A DNA stretch of 39,197 nt. Origin: a virus. The translations under genes and the position numbers were made by a program. Numbering within the stretch: the stretch's first letter is position 1; every line of letters begins with the position of its first letter. The notes under the pieces were generated by a model, which worked only from the letters and a program-made list of their open reading frames with translations, had not been told where the DNA came from and did not search any database. The DNA lies in the IMG/VR virus record IMGVR_UViG_3300027944_000097. The stretch is one strand, 5' to 3'. This document shows, one piece after another, positions 1-7,491 of this stretch.

Positions 1-123
1 GACGCCAAGGGCAACGTCCTGGCAGCGGCCAAGGGCAAGAGCAAAGAAGGTCTCGCCGAACTGATCCGCCTCAAGCTGGTGCCCCTGATGGAGGGGCATG
101 GGGAGGATTCCGCGTGAGCACCA
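1..123 (+). repeat. Terminal redundancy, copy 1 (identical to 39075-39197)
   Basis: Read directly: gacgccaagggcaacgtcc...gaggattccgcgtgagcacca occurs at both ends. The repeat lies inside ORF 38817..39191 and includes the GTG start of ORF 114..356. Confidence 0.95.
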
Positions 124-356
124 CCCTGGAACAACTTCGCCGCCAGTTCGCCACGCCATGCCCGAGCCTGACCGCGGTGCGCGAGCAGTACTTCGCGCAC
201 ATCCGCACCGACCGTTATTTGCTGAGCGAAATCAAGGCCGGACGGATCAAGCTGGTGGTCAAGCGCCTGCACTGCTCGGCCCGGGCCAAGCCTGTCGTTT
301 ACCTGCACGACCTGGCCGCCTACCTCGATGCGCAAGCAACGAAGCAAGCGGCCTGA
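114..356 (+). CDS. PrtN-family (pyocin-activator-like) transcriptional activator
   Basis: 80 aa with a GTG start. The pattern YFAHIRTDRYLLSEIKAGRIKLVV...VVYLHDLAAYLDA matches my recollection of PrtN/PyocinActivator proteins (..YF.H......L.....G.I.L......V.L.DLAA.LDA). Preferred over the overlapping 98..406 frame. Confidence 0.65.
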   Translation: MSTTLEQLRRQFATPCPSLTAVREQYFAHIRTDRYLLSEIKAGRIKLVVKRLHCSARAKPVVYLHDLAAYLDAQATKQAA

Positions 357-416
357 TTCAACGGTGCCCCCTGCCGTCCAGGGGCAACAGCAATCAAACC
401 AAATGAGGCACAGCAC

Positions 417-761
417 ATGAGCAAAGCACGCCCCTTCATCGACACGCTACGGGACATCGAGGCCGGCGGGCTGCTGGACGAACTCACCGAGACCCAGCAC
501 AGCCTGATCGACGCCATTCGCCTGACCGGCAAAGGCGGCGAACTGACCATCAAGCTCACTTACAAGCCTGATGGCGGCGGCCAGATGACCGTGAAGGCAG
601 ACGTCAAATCCAAGGAGCCTGTCCTGTCCCGCGGCACGTCGCTGTTCTTCCTGACACCGGAAGGCAACATCACCCGCCGCGATCCACGACAACAGGAAAT
701 ACCGCTGCGCAGTGTGAGTGAAGACCTGCCGCCGGAGACGATGCGACAGGTCAGCCAATAA
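417..761 (+). CDS. Hypothetical early protein
   Basis: 114-aa ORF with a GAGG-type RBS context (gaggcacagcacATG), co-oriented with its neighbours. No motif recognised. Confidence 0.6.
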   Translation: MSKARPFIDTLRDIEAGGLLDELTETQHSLIDAIRLTGKGGELTIKLTYKPDGGGQMTVKADVKSKEPVLSRGTSLFFLTPEGNITRRDPRQQEIPLRSVSEDLPPETMRQVSQ

Positions 762-808
762 CCCCCACCACAAACCTCTCACCGATTTATCCCCCTGGAG
801 CACATCCA

Positions 809-1630
809 ATGCAACAAGCCATACAGCACCTGACCGCCCTGGCCCAAGCCCTCGGCAAACCGATTGATCATGAAGGCCTGGCCGCGCCAATTGCGCTGGT
901 GCCGGACGGTGTAACGCTGGAAAGCCTGGAACACTTGCTGCCCGCACCAACCCGCATCAAGCAAAAGCTGACCGTGCTCGATGCCGAGTCGTTCATCAGC
1001 TACGTAAACCGCTTTGCCACTCAAGCAACCGCGGTGTTCTGCAACGGCCCTGAAGGCCGGACTTTCTCTGCCGTCATCGACTACCACGATCCAGCCGCAC
1101 CAGCCTGGCGCGATCACGTGGCGACCTACCGCTGCCCGACCACCGTTGAGTGGGGTAACTGGAAAACCAGCGACCGCAAGCGCATGGACCAAGCCAGCTT
1201 CGCCGAATTCATCGAAGACAACGTGAAGGACATCACCCACCACCCCGAAAACGACAACACGCCAAGCGCTGCCGACATGCTGGAAATCAGCCGGACACTG
1301 GAAGCCAAGAAGAACATCACTTTCCGCCAGGGTACCCGCCTCGACAACGGCCAGGTGCAACTGACCTACAACGAGGAAATCGACGGGCGCGCCGGCGAGA
1401 CCGGGCAGCTGCGCATCCCCGAAGAGTTTTACATCGCGCTCAAGCCTTTCCTTGGCGGTGACACGTTCTGCGTGCCGGCCCGATTCCGCTACCGCATCCA
1501 AGAAGGCCGCCTGCAAATGTGGTTCGAACTGGTGCGCCCGGACAAGGTACTGGAAGAAGCCTACAACGCGGTGCGCAACAAGATTCTGGATGCCATCAAC
1601 GACGTGCCGCTCTACGAAGCCACGTTCTAA
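809..1630 (+). CDS. DUF2303 (YfdQ-like) family protein
   Basis: 273 aa. Segments such as DAESFISYVNRFA..AVFC and LEISRTLEAKKNITFRQGTRLDNGQVQLTYNEE..G..GQL.IPEEF resemble YfdQ/DUF2303 prophage proteins as I recall them. Confidence 0.6.
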   Translation: MQQAIQHLTALAQALGKPIDHEGLAAPIALVPDGVTLESLEHLLPAPTRIKQKLTVLDAESFISYVNRFATQATAVFCNGPEGRTFSAVIDYHDPAAPAWRDHVATYRCPTTVEWGNWKTSDRKRMDQASFAEFIEDNVKDITHHPENDNTPSAADMLEISRTLEAKKNITFRQGTRLDNGQVQLTYNEEIDGRAGETGQLRIPEEFYIALKPFLGGDTFCVPARFRYRIQEGRLQMWFELVRPDKVLEEAYNAVRNKILDAINDVPLYEATF

Positions 1631-1647
1631 CTAACCCCCTGCAGCAC

Positions 1648-1686
1648 CCCGTCGCCGACCTCTCACCAAAGAATCCGGGCGGCGGG
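1648..1686 (+). promoter_or_regulatory. Hairpin with the conserved loop motif CCTCTCACCAAAGAATCC inside the plus-strand early operon
   Basis: cccgtcgcc (1648-1656) pairs with ggcggcggg (1678-1686) over 9 bp, including one G-U pair. The motif occupies 1659-1676 and is identical over 18 nt to the copy downstream of cro. Confidence 0.5.
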
Positions 1687-1708
1687 CTCTAATCGAGGCA
1701 TACAGCAC

Positions 1709-2359
1709 ATGCACGCACAAAACACGATCATCTTCATAGGCTTGGCTTTCGGCTTGATCCTTCTGGGATATTACATCCGCAAGCTCATCCTCCAGGCGCT
1801 GGCACGCAGCTACAACGCGGGCTTAAACGAGCGCAACGGCCTGCACAGCCAACGCATTGCAGCGCTTAACACCGACCTCACAACCATCACAAAACTTCGC
1901 AATCAGGAAGCCCAGCAACTGGCAGACCTGCGCTTGCAAATGCATGGCATCAAGACAACCCCGTTTACCTCAACCGATTACCGGAACCTCACCGAAATCA
2001 CCCAGTTCCTGGCGCTGGCGCTCCAGACCTGGAAAGCGCTGAAAGGCACCGAAGCTAGCCAAGCGAGAGCAGAACAGCTGATCAAGATCGCCCGTGCCAT
2101 GGCGTATCGAGTTTTTCACATTGTGGAGACGGCCGGCAGCCTCAACAACCAGCCGCTGGATACTCAGCTGATCGATTGGCTCGATCAAAGCGGCACCTTC
2201 CACGCTGAGCCCAAGTTGAGTTCAATCAGTTTCCCCCACGGAGCCGAAACCGAGGGATATCCGCATTTACGTGATGCGTTGCGCGAAGCCTACGAACTGG
2301 ATCTCCGCCGGCGTACGCTGGGGCTGCCCGCCGGTAGAGCAGCCGGAGCTGCAGCATGA
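1709..2359 (+). CDS. Membrane-anchored coiled-coil protein, unknown function
   Basis: 216 aa. N-terminal hydrophobic helix (IIFIGLAFGLILLGYYI) followed by a helical/coiled region. Its stop overlaps the next start (ATGA). Confidence 0.55.
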   Translation: MHAQNTIIFIGLAFGLILLGYYIRKLILQALARSYNAGLNERNGLHSQRIAALNTDLTTITKLRNQEAQQLADLRLQMHGIKTTPFTSTDYRNLTEITQFLALALQTWKALKGTEASQARAEQLIKIARAMAYRVFHIVETAGSLNNQPLDTQLIDWLDQSGTFHAEPKLSSISFPHGAETEGYPHLRDALREAYELDLRRRTLGLPAGRAAGAAA

Positions 2360-4185
2360 CCGCCTTCCAAACGCAGCTATCAGCCGACTGTGGAGGCGCC
2401 ACGAATTTGCGCCTACGGGGATCCCGCCGCGGCTCGAAAGCCGAAAGCAAAATCTTCAACCCCACCCCAGTTACCAGCGCGGTAAACACCCAATTCGGCT
2501 TGAATCTGACAGGCGGGATTCGTGTTGATCTATTCGCTGGCGGCGGCGGCGCAACGATGGGTCAGGAGATCGCTACCGGGCTACCAGTAGACATCGCTAT
2601 CAACCACGACCCTGACGCCATCAGCATGCACAAGCGCAACCATCCAAGCGCTGAGCATTACATCACCGATGTCTATGAAGTCTGTCCGCATGTCGCCACG
2701 CGAGGCCGGCCGGTTCTGCACCTGCATGCCAGCCCTGAATGCACCCACCACAGCTTGGCGGCTGGGGGCCAGCCACGCAGCACTACCAGCCGCTCCCTGT
2801 CTTGGGTAGTCATCAAATGGGCGGGCCAGGTTCGCCCCTTGATGATCACCATGGAGAACGTCATGCAGGTGCTCCAGTGGGGCCCGCTCATCGCCAAGCG
2901 CGACCCGAAAACAGGCCGCGTAGTCTGTCGAGACCTGCGCGTCGCCGATGTCGGCGAGCGCGTCCCAGTCCAGGACCAATATCTGATCCCCGACCCTAAG
3001 CGCAAGGGCCAGACATGGCGCCGGTTCGAGTCGATATTGCGCGGTATGGGCTACGACCTTCGCCACGGAAAACTGAAAGCGAGCGACTTCGGCGCCGGCA
3101 CACTTCGCGAACGCCTATACCTGGTAGCTCGATGCGACGGCAAACCACTCCAATGGCCCGAACCCTCCCACGCCAAGGCGCCGGGAAAGGGGCAAAAACC
3201 GCAGCTCACCGCTGCCAGCAGCATCGATTGGTCCATCCCCTGCCCGAGCATATTCTTGGACAAGGAAGAAGGCCGCGCCGCCGGCGTGCGGCGTCCACTG
3301 GTCAATAAGACAATGGAACGGCTCCGGAAAGGTGCGCAGCGTTACGTCATCGATCACGCAGACCCATTCATCGTCAGCGTCAACCACTCCGGCAGCGACG
3401 ACTCACGAGTTCACTCTGTTCACCAGCCAACGAAAACCATAACGGGCTCGCATGGGTTCGCGCTGGTGACGCCGCAGTTGGCGCCATTTATCACAGAGCA
3501 CGCAAACAGCAGCGTCCAGCGCAACATGGCCGGAGATTCGCCTCTCTCCACCATCTGCGCGAACGTCAAGGGTGGACACTTTGCATTGACCGTGGCTTAC
3601 CTGGCCCAACACAACGGTGGATTCAACACCACACCCGGGCACCACCCAGTCGAGCCCATGACTGCGATCACGACAACCGGCAGCCAACAGAATGTCGTGA
3701 CAGCTCACCTCTGCACGCTCCGCAAAAACTGCGTAGGACAACCAATGGATGGCCTGGTACCGACCATCACGGCCGGCGCCGAGCACCACGCGCTAGTCGA
3801 ATACACCCTCGCGCCTGAGTATCAAGCGGGCGCCTTGCGCGTGGCGGCATTCCTCATGGGCTACTACGGCACGGACAACATCTACGACGTCCGCGAGCCG
3901 GCCGCCACCATCACGACCCGGGACCGCCTGGCGCTAGTGACCGTAACCGTAAAAGGCACTCCATACGTGATCGTCGACATCGGTATGCGCATGCTCACTC
4001 CACGCGAGCTGTACCGCGCCCAAGGCTTTCCCGATAACTACGTCATCGATTCAGGACACGACGGACGCAAGTTCAGCAAACGCGCCCAGGTGCGAATGGT
4101 CGGCAACTCGGTCTCCCCGCAGCCGATGGCTGCGCTGATACGGGCCAACCTGGACGAGCCCCACGCCGAACGGAGGGCAGCATGA
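2356..4185 (+). CDS. DNA (cytosine-5)-methyltransferase, orphan, unusually long (609 aa)
   Basis: Motif I DLFAGGGGATMG. Catalytic motif HASPECTHHS (P-x-C type). Motif VI TMENV. C-terminal RELYRAQGFPDNY and GNSVSP (motifs IX/X region). A long insert of about 250 aa sits where the target-recognition domain is expected. No restriction endonuclease gene is adjacent. Confidence 0.85.
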   Translation: MTAFQTQLSADCGGATNLRLRGSRRGSKAESKIFNPTPVTSAVNTQFGLNLTGGIRVDLFAGGGGATMGQEIATGLPVDIAINHDPDAISMHKRNHPSAEHYITDVYEVCPHVATRGRPVLHLHASPECTHHSLAAGGQPRSTTSRSLSWVVIKWAGQVRPLMITMENVMQVLQWGPLIAKRDPKTGRVVCRDLRVADVGERVPVQDQYLIPDPKRKGQTWRRFESILRGMGYDLRHGKLKASDFGAGTLRERLYLVARCDGKPLQWPEPSHAKAPGKGQKPQLTAASSIDWSIPCPSIFLDKEEGRAAGVRRPLVNKTMERLRKGAQRYVIDHADPFIVSVNHSGSDDSRVHSVHQPTKTITGSHGFALVTPQLAPFITEHANSSVQRNMAGDSPLSTICANVKGGHFALTVAYLAQHNGGFNTTPGHHPVEPMTAITTTGSQQNVVTAHLCTLRKNCVGQPMDGLVPTITAGAEHHALVEYTLAPEYQAGALRVAAFLMGYYGTDNIYDVREPAATITTRDRLALVTVTVKGTPYVIVDIGMRMLTPRELYRAQGFPDNYVIDSGHDGRKFSKRAQVRMVGNSVSPQPMAALIRANLDEPHAERRAA

Positions 4186-4229
4186 TCAGATCGAGCGAAG
4201 CAGCAATCATCCCACTCGGAGCCCATACC

Positions 4230-4466
4230 ATGGAATTCCTCAGTGAAACCCTAACTGATGACGAGCTGGCGGCGATCACAGGCTACAAAACGCCCTCCTG
4301 CCAGCGGCAATGGCTTACGCGCAACGCCTGGCAGTTCGTCCTGACGGGCGCCCAGCGCCCCGTCGTCGGGCGTGTGTACGCCCGCCTGAAGCTCGCCGGA
4401 GTCAAGCCCACAGCTACCAACGCTGTGGCCGAAACCTGGACCCTCGATTTATCGCGTGTGGGATAG
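4230..4466 (+). CDS. DUF4224 domain protein (integrase-adjacent; possible excision/directionality helper)
   Basis: The pattern FLSETLTDDELAAITGYKTPSCQRQWLTRNAW.F......RPVV is typical of DUF4224. The start was moved to the ATG at 4230, which has an upstream GGAG. The gene sits immediately 5' of int. Confidence 0.6.
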   Translation: MEFLSETLTDDELAAITGYKTPSCQRQWLTRNAWQFVLTGAQRPVVGRVYARLKLAGVKPTATNAVAETWTLDLSRVG

Positions 4467-4468
4467 CA

Positions 4469-5536
4469 ATGCGCCCGAGAAAAACCTCTAACCGGGACCT
4501 GCCGCCCCGGATGATCCGCCGCGAGCGAGAAAGAAAGAACGGCACCGTCTGGTCCAGCTACTACTACAACGGTAGAACTGCCGAGGGGAAGCGGAAAGAG
4601 ATTCCCCTCGGCAGCGACCTGGACGAAGCAAAAGTTGAATGGGCACGTCTTGACCGCAAGGCGGTACCGAAGCCGGCCCACCTGATGGGCCGGCTGTTTG
4701 ATGACTACGAAACCAAAATCATGCCGGGCCTTACCAAGGGCACGCAGGATGACTATCGCAAGGGACTGAAGCAACTGCGCAACTCGTTCGAACAGGCCCC
4801 TGTCGATGCTATGACGCCACAGGTGATCGCTCAGTACCGTGACACCAGGACGGCGAAGGTGCGGGCCAACAGGGAGATAGCCCTGCTGTCCACAATTTTC
4901 ACCCACGCCAGGGAATGGGGGTTTACCGACAAGGCAAACCCATGCTCCCGGCTGCGCCGGAACAAAGAAATCCCACGGGACTTCTACGCCGGCGAAATCG
5001 TCTGGGATGCAGTGTATGCCCAGGCACCACCTGAACTGAAAGACGCCATGGACCTGGCCTACCTGACCGGCCAGCGCCCCGCTGACGTACTGAAGGCATC
5101 CGCTGCGGATATCAACAACGGCTTCTTGCTGGTGGGCCAAGGAAAGACCCAGAAGCGTTTGCGAATTCGCCTGCATGACGGGGCCACCGCATCCAGCCTG
5201 AGCACGTTTCTCGACGAACTCCGTGAACGCAGAGCCATGGCTGGAATTAGGACCTCCAGCCTGATCACCAACAAGAACGGCTTGCGCATGAGCTACGCGA
5301 TGTTACGCAACCGCTGGGATGAAGCGCGGGAGAAGGCAGCAGTTAAGGCTGCGACCGAGGGTGACACAACGTTGAGTGCTGCCATTCGTCAGTTTCAGTT
5401 CCGTGATATTCGTCCGAAAGCAGCGAGCGAAATCGAGGACTTAACCGACGCCAGCCGTCTGCTTGGGCACTCGACTGAAGAAATGACAAAGAGGGTTTAT
5501 CGCCGAGTCGGGGAGATCGTGAAGCCGACAAAGTAA
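4469..5536 (+). CDS. int: Tyrosine recombinase / phage integrase
   Basis: 355 aa from the ATG at 4469; the track ORF starts earlier at 4310. Contains LAYLTGQRPADVL (catalytic Arg box) and C-terminal LLGHSTEEMTKRVY (H-x-x-R...Y). Followed by a terminator and a tRNA-derived att core. Confidence 0.9.
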   Translation: MRPRKTSNRDLPPRMIRRERERKNGTVWSSYYYNGRTAEGKRKEIPLGSDLDEAKVEWARLDRKAVPKPAHLMGRLFDDYETKIMPGLTKGTQDDYRKGLKQLRNSFEQAPVDAMTPQVIAQYRDTRTAKVRANREIALLSTIFTHAREWGFTDKANPCSRLRRNKEIPRDFYAGEIVWDAVYAQAPPELKDAMDLAYLTGQRPADVLKASAADINNGFLLVGQGKTQKRLRIRLHDGATASSLSTFLDELRERRAMAGIRTSSLITNKNGLRMSYAMLRNRWDEAREKAAVKAATEGDTTLSAAIRQFQFRDIRPKAASEIEDLTDASRLLGHSTEEMTKRVYRRVGEIVKPTK

Positions 5537-5600
5537 CAGCAGGTTGCGGAACACCTCTCGAAAGTTGCGGAACACATCACCTAGAAACAAGCACAAAAAA

Positions 5601-5631
5601 GCCCCGTAACTCATTGAGCTACGGGGCTTTT
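5601..5631 (+). terminator. Rho-independent terminator after int (A-tract upstream, so possibly bidirectional)
   Basis: The stem gccccgta (5601-5608) pairs with tacggggc (5620-5627). It is followed by tttt and preceded by aaaaaa. Confidence 0.8.
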
Positions 5632-5636
5632 AATAG

Positions 5637-5686
5637 TGGAGGCCGAAGTCGGAATCGAACCGGCGTAGGTGGATTTGCAATCCATC
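5637..5686 (-). other. attP core: 3' portion of a tRNA-Cys(GCA) gene (anticodon arm to CCA), not a complete tRNA
   Basis: The reverse complement reads ..atgga-ttGCAaa-tccac-ctac-gccgg-ttcgatt-ccgac-ttcggcc-t-cca. This gives an anticodon loop with GCA, a T-arm with a TTCGATT loop, the acceptor 3' strand and CCA. No matching D-arm or 5' acceptor strand (ggccgaa) follows. The outermost anticodon-stem pair and one T-stem pair are mismatched. Confidence 0.8.
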
Positions 5687-5868
5687 AACTTTACTCTGTA
5701 TTTCAATAGGTTAGCACTGGAAGCGTTCCGCAAGCTACTGATTTTTAACACGCTACAGGCCGCGTCCCGCCTGGCTCGCCTTTTCAGTTGCGGAACGCTT
5801 TTTTGGATCCAGAAGTAGGCTGATAGCAGCTCGTCGCCTCACCCTCGCCTCAACCGGGCCGCCTGAAT

Positions 5869-5888
5869 TACTGTATATGCAAACAGTA
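5869..5888. promoter_or_regulatory. LexA (SOS) box
   Basis: TACTGTATATGCAAACAGTA is a perfect CTGT-N8-ACAG core. It matches 17 of 20 positions of the classical TACTGTATATATATACAGTA consensus. It ends 20 bp before the ATG at 5908, and a TATAAG -10-like hexamer (5887-5892) overlaps its right edge. Confidence 0.75.
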
Positions 5889-5907
5889 TAAGGCAACCGT
5901 CCCTATC

Positions 5908-6663
5908 ATGAACTTTGAACAGGCCAAGGCGCTGAGGATCCAGCAATGGCGCAATACGCTCGACGACCACGACTTTCGGATGCAGAACCCCGAGGCGTAT
6001 CGGTCATGTCTGCTTTCGGCAAGTGCAAGGCTTGCCGAAGAACGGCTGATTGATCGAATCGAACAGTTCGACATGGACGAGTTGGCGAATTCCGCATATT
6101 GGTTGGCCGTGGAGGAACTGCAATCCATAGCGTGCCTGTACCACAGCTCGTCGTATTACGACCTGGTGGCGCGGGACGGCTCGCCCAACCTTGGCACGAT
6201 TCAGCAGTCGACATTTACGGAGAGAAGCGAAGGCCCCCGCATTCACCCTTACGATGGGAAGGTTTACCGCCAAGGAGAGAAGCTGAAGCTTATCTACAGC
6301 ACATCACCAACCAACGGCGTGATTGAAGGGCTTGTTCTCACCCTGGATGACGGCCGCAAGTTTGACCTGGTCGAGACGGCCCAGATGATCAACGGAGTGA
6401 TCCACACCCCCATCGAAGACCCCGACGTCTATCGTTGGCTTGTCGACGCTATGCAAATCGCAGATGAAAATCGTAACCTGAAGTTGATGGTGAAAATACG
6501 ACCTGTGCTTCAGCTCGCGCGCTTCATAAAATGCATCGAATGCGCCGATCGTTTTGGGTTGAGGGATGAATGCGCAGCATGCGATGGCCTTGGGTTTATA
6601 CACAAACCGTGCAGACCGCGCGTCCCCATTGATGTAATACGCATTGATGAGGAAACAATCTAA
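5908..6663 (+). CDS. Cargo protein with a C-terminal C4 zinc finger (CIEC...CAACDGLG, DnaJ-like CxxCxGxG), function unknown
   Basis: 251-aa ORF directly downstream of the SOS box. The C-terminus reads FIKCIECADRFGLRDECAACDGLGFIHKPC. No enzymatic motif recognised. Confidence 0.6.
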   Translation: MNFEQAKALRIQQWRNTLDDHDFRMQNPEAYRSCLLSASARLAEERLIDRIEQFDMDELANSAYWLAVEELQSIACLYHSSSYYDLVARDGSPNLGTIQQSTFTERSEGPRIHPYDGKVYRQGEKLKLIYSTSPTNGVIEGLVLTLDDGRKFDLVETAQMINGVIHTPIEDPDVYRWLVDAMQIADENRNLKLMVKIRPVLQLARFIKCIECADRFGLRDECAACDGLGFIHKPCRPRVPIDVIRIDEETI

Positions 6664-6735
6664 CAAAGCCTCATTCAGGCGAGTAAATTAGGTAACATTT
6701 ATCCCTATTGGTATCACTTCTAAATCGAGGCAGCT

Positions 6736-7488
6736 ATGCGCATAAAACTTTCCTGCATGACGTGCGGTATGGAAGAGCTAGAGGCGGCGCGCCTGATAGA
6801 TCCGAGCATAGCTAGCATTAGCGTATCGCCTCTGGAAAGCACATCCTTTGAATTAAAGGAAGAAGGCCTCTACGTATTAGAATGCGAGAAGGGTCATATC
6901 ACCTACACCCAGCTGCAAGAGCAGAAATTCCAAGTTCTTTTTGAACTCGGGGCATACGCAATTGCAGACGGCTATTACAGAGACGCTGTCGCCTCATTTA
7001 CCGCAAGCCTAGAAAGATTCTATGAATTTTTCATCAAGGCCAACCTATACGAAAAGAAGTTCAACGATAAACAAATATCAGAATTTTGGAAACAGATATC
7101 CAATAGCTCTATAAAACAAGCAGGATCATTTTCACATGCATATTTCCACACTTTCGGGGAAAACCCTCCACAGCTAAGCAATCGCAAGACAGAGTTCAGA
7201 AACGAAGTCATTCACAAAGGAATCATCCCAACCCGCCAACAGGCCATAGACTATGGAGAAGTAATAATTGATTTAATATCACCAACCCTTCAAAAAGTAC
7301 AAGAAACAATGCCAGATGGTGTATGGCAAACCATTAGAGCTCATCTTGCCAAAACAGTACTTGCCAATCTCGACAAGAATATTATAACTAGAGGCACACC
7401 AATGTTGCTTAGCCTAACCCACGCCGACAAAACGACCAGGCCAAATTTACTTGGCGCGATTGCGACCTACACAGACCGAAACAAGTAA
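6736..7488 (+). CDS. Zinc-ribbon plus HEPN-like (RNxxxH motif) protein; candidate RNase toxin / Abi-type effector
   Basis: 250 aa with an RBS (gaggcagctATG). N-terminal CMTC...CEKGH (C7, C10, C50, H54). An all-helical middle region (YYRDAVASFTASLERFYEFFIK) is followed by FRNEVIHKG at nt 7198-7215. That is the Rx4H HEPN signature with the typical Asn after Arg. This is the most AT-rich gene in the window. Confidence 0.5.
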   Translation: MRIKLSCMTCGMEELEAARLIDPSIASISVSPLESTSFELKEEGLYVLECEKGHITYTQLQEQKFQVLFELGAYAIADGYYRDAVASFTASLERFYEFFIKANLYEKKFNDKQISEFWKQISNSSIKQAGSFSHAYFHTFGENPPQLSNRKTEFRNEVIHKGIIPTRQQAIDYGEVIIDLISPTLQKVQETMPDGVWQTIRAHLAKTVLANLDKNIITRGTPMLLSLTHADKTTRPNLLGAIATYTDRNK

Positions 7489-7491
7489 AAT

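Larger units (their letters stand above)
5543..5798. promoter_or_regulatory. attP region with four arm-type repeats GTTGCGGAAC(A/G)C flanking the core
   Basis: Copies at 5543-5554 (+) and 5564-5575 (+), 21 bp apart on the left arm. On the right arm, an inverted copy at 5723-5734 (gcgttccgcaag) and a direct copy at 5787-5798. Confidence 0.65.

Noticed and set aside
98-406. 102-aa ORF overlapping the PrtN-like gene in another frame.
   Set aside because: The translation is Pro/Arg/Gly-rich and nonsense-like, while the 114..356 frame shows the PrtN-type pattern.
357-416. Hairpin tgcccct/aggggca after the PrtN-like gene as a possible terminator.
   Set aside because: No U-tract follows, and the next gene starts 30 nt later in the same operon. 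Treated as incidental.
5637-5712. Possible complete tRNA-Cys gene.
   Set aside because: Only the anticodon arm, T-arm and acceptor 3' strand with CCA are present. The sequence that should supply the D-arm and 5' acceptor strand does not pair with ttcggcc. I interpret it as an attP core and not a functional tRNA.
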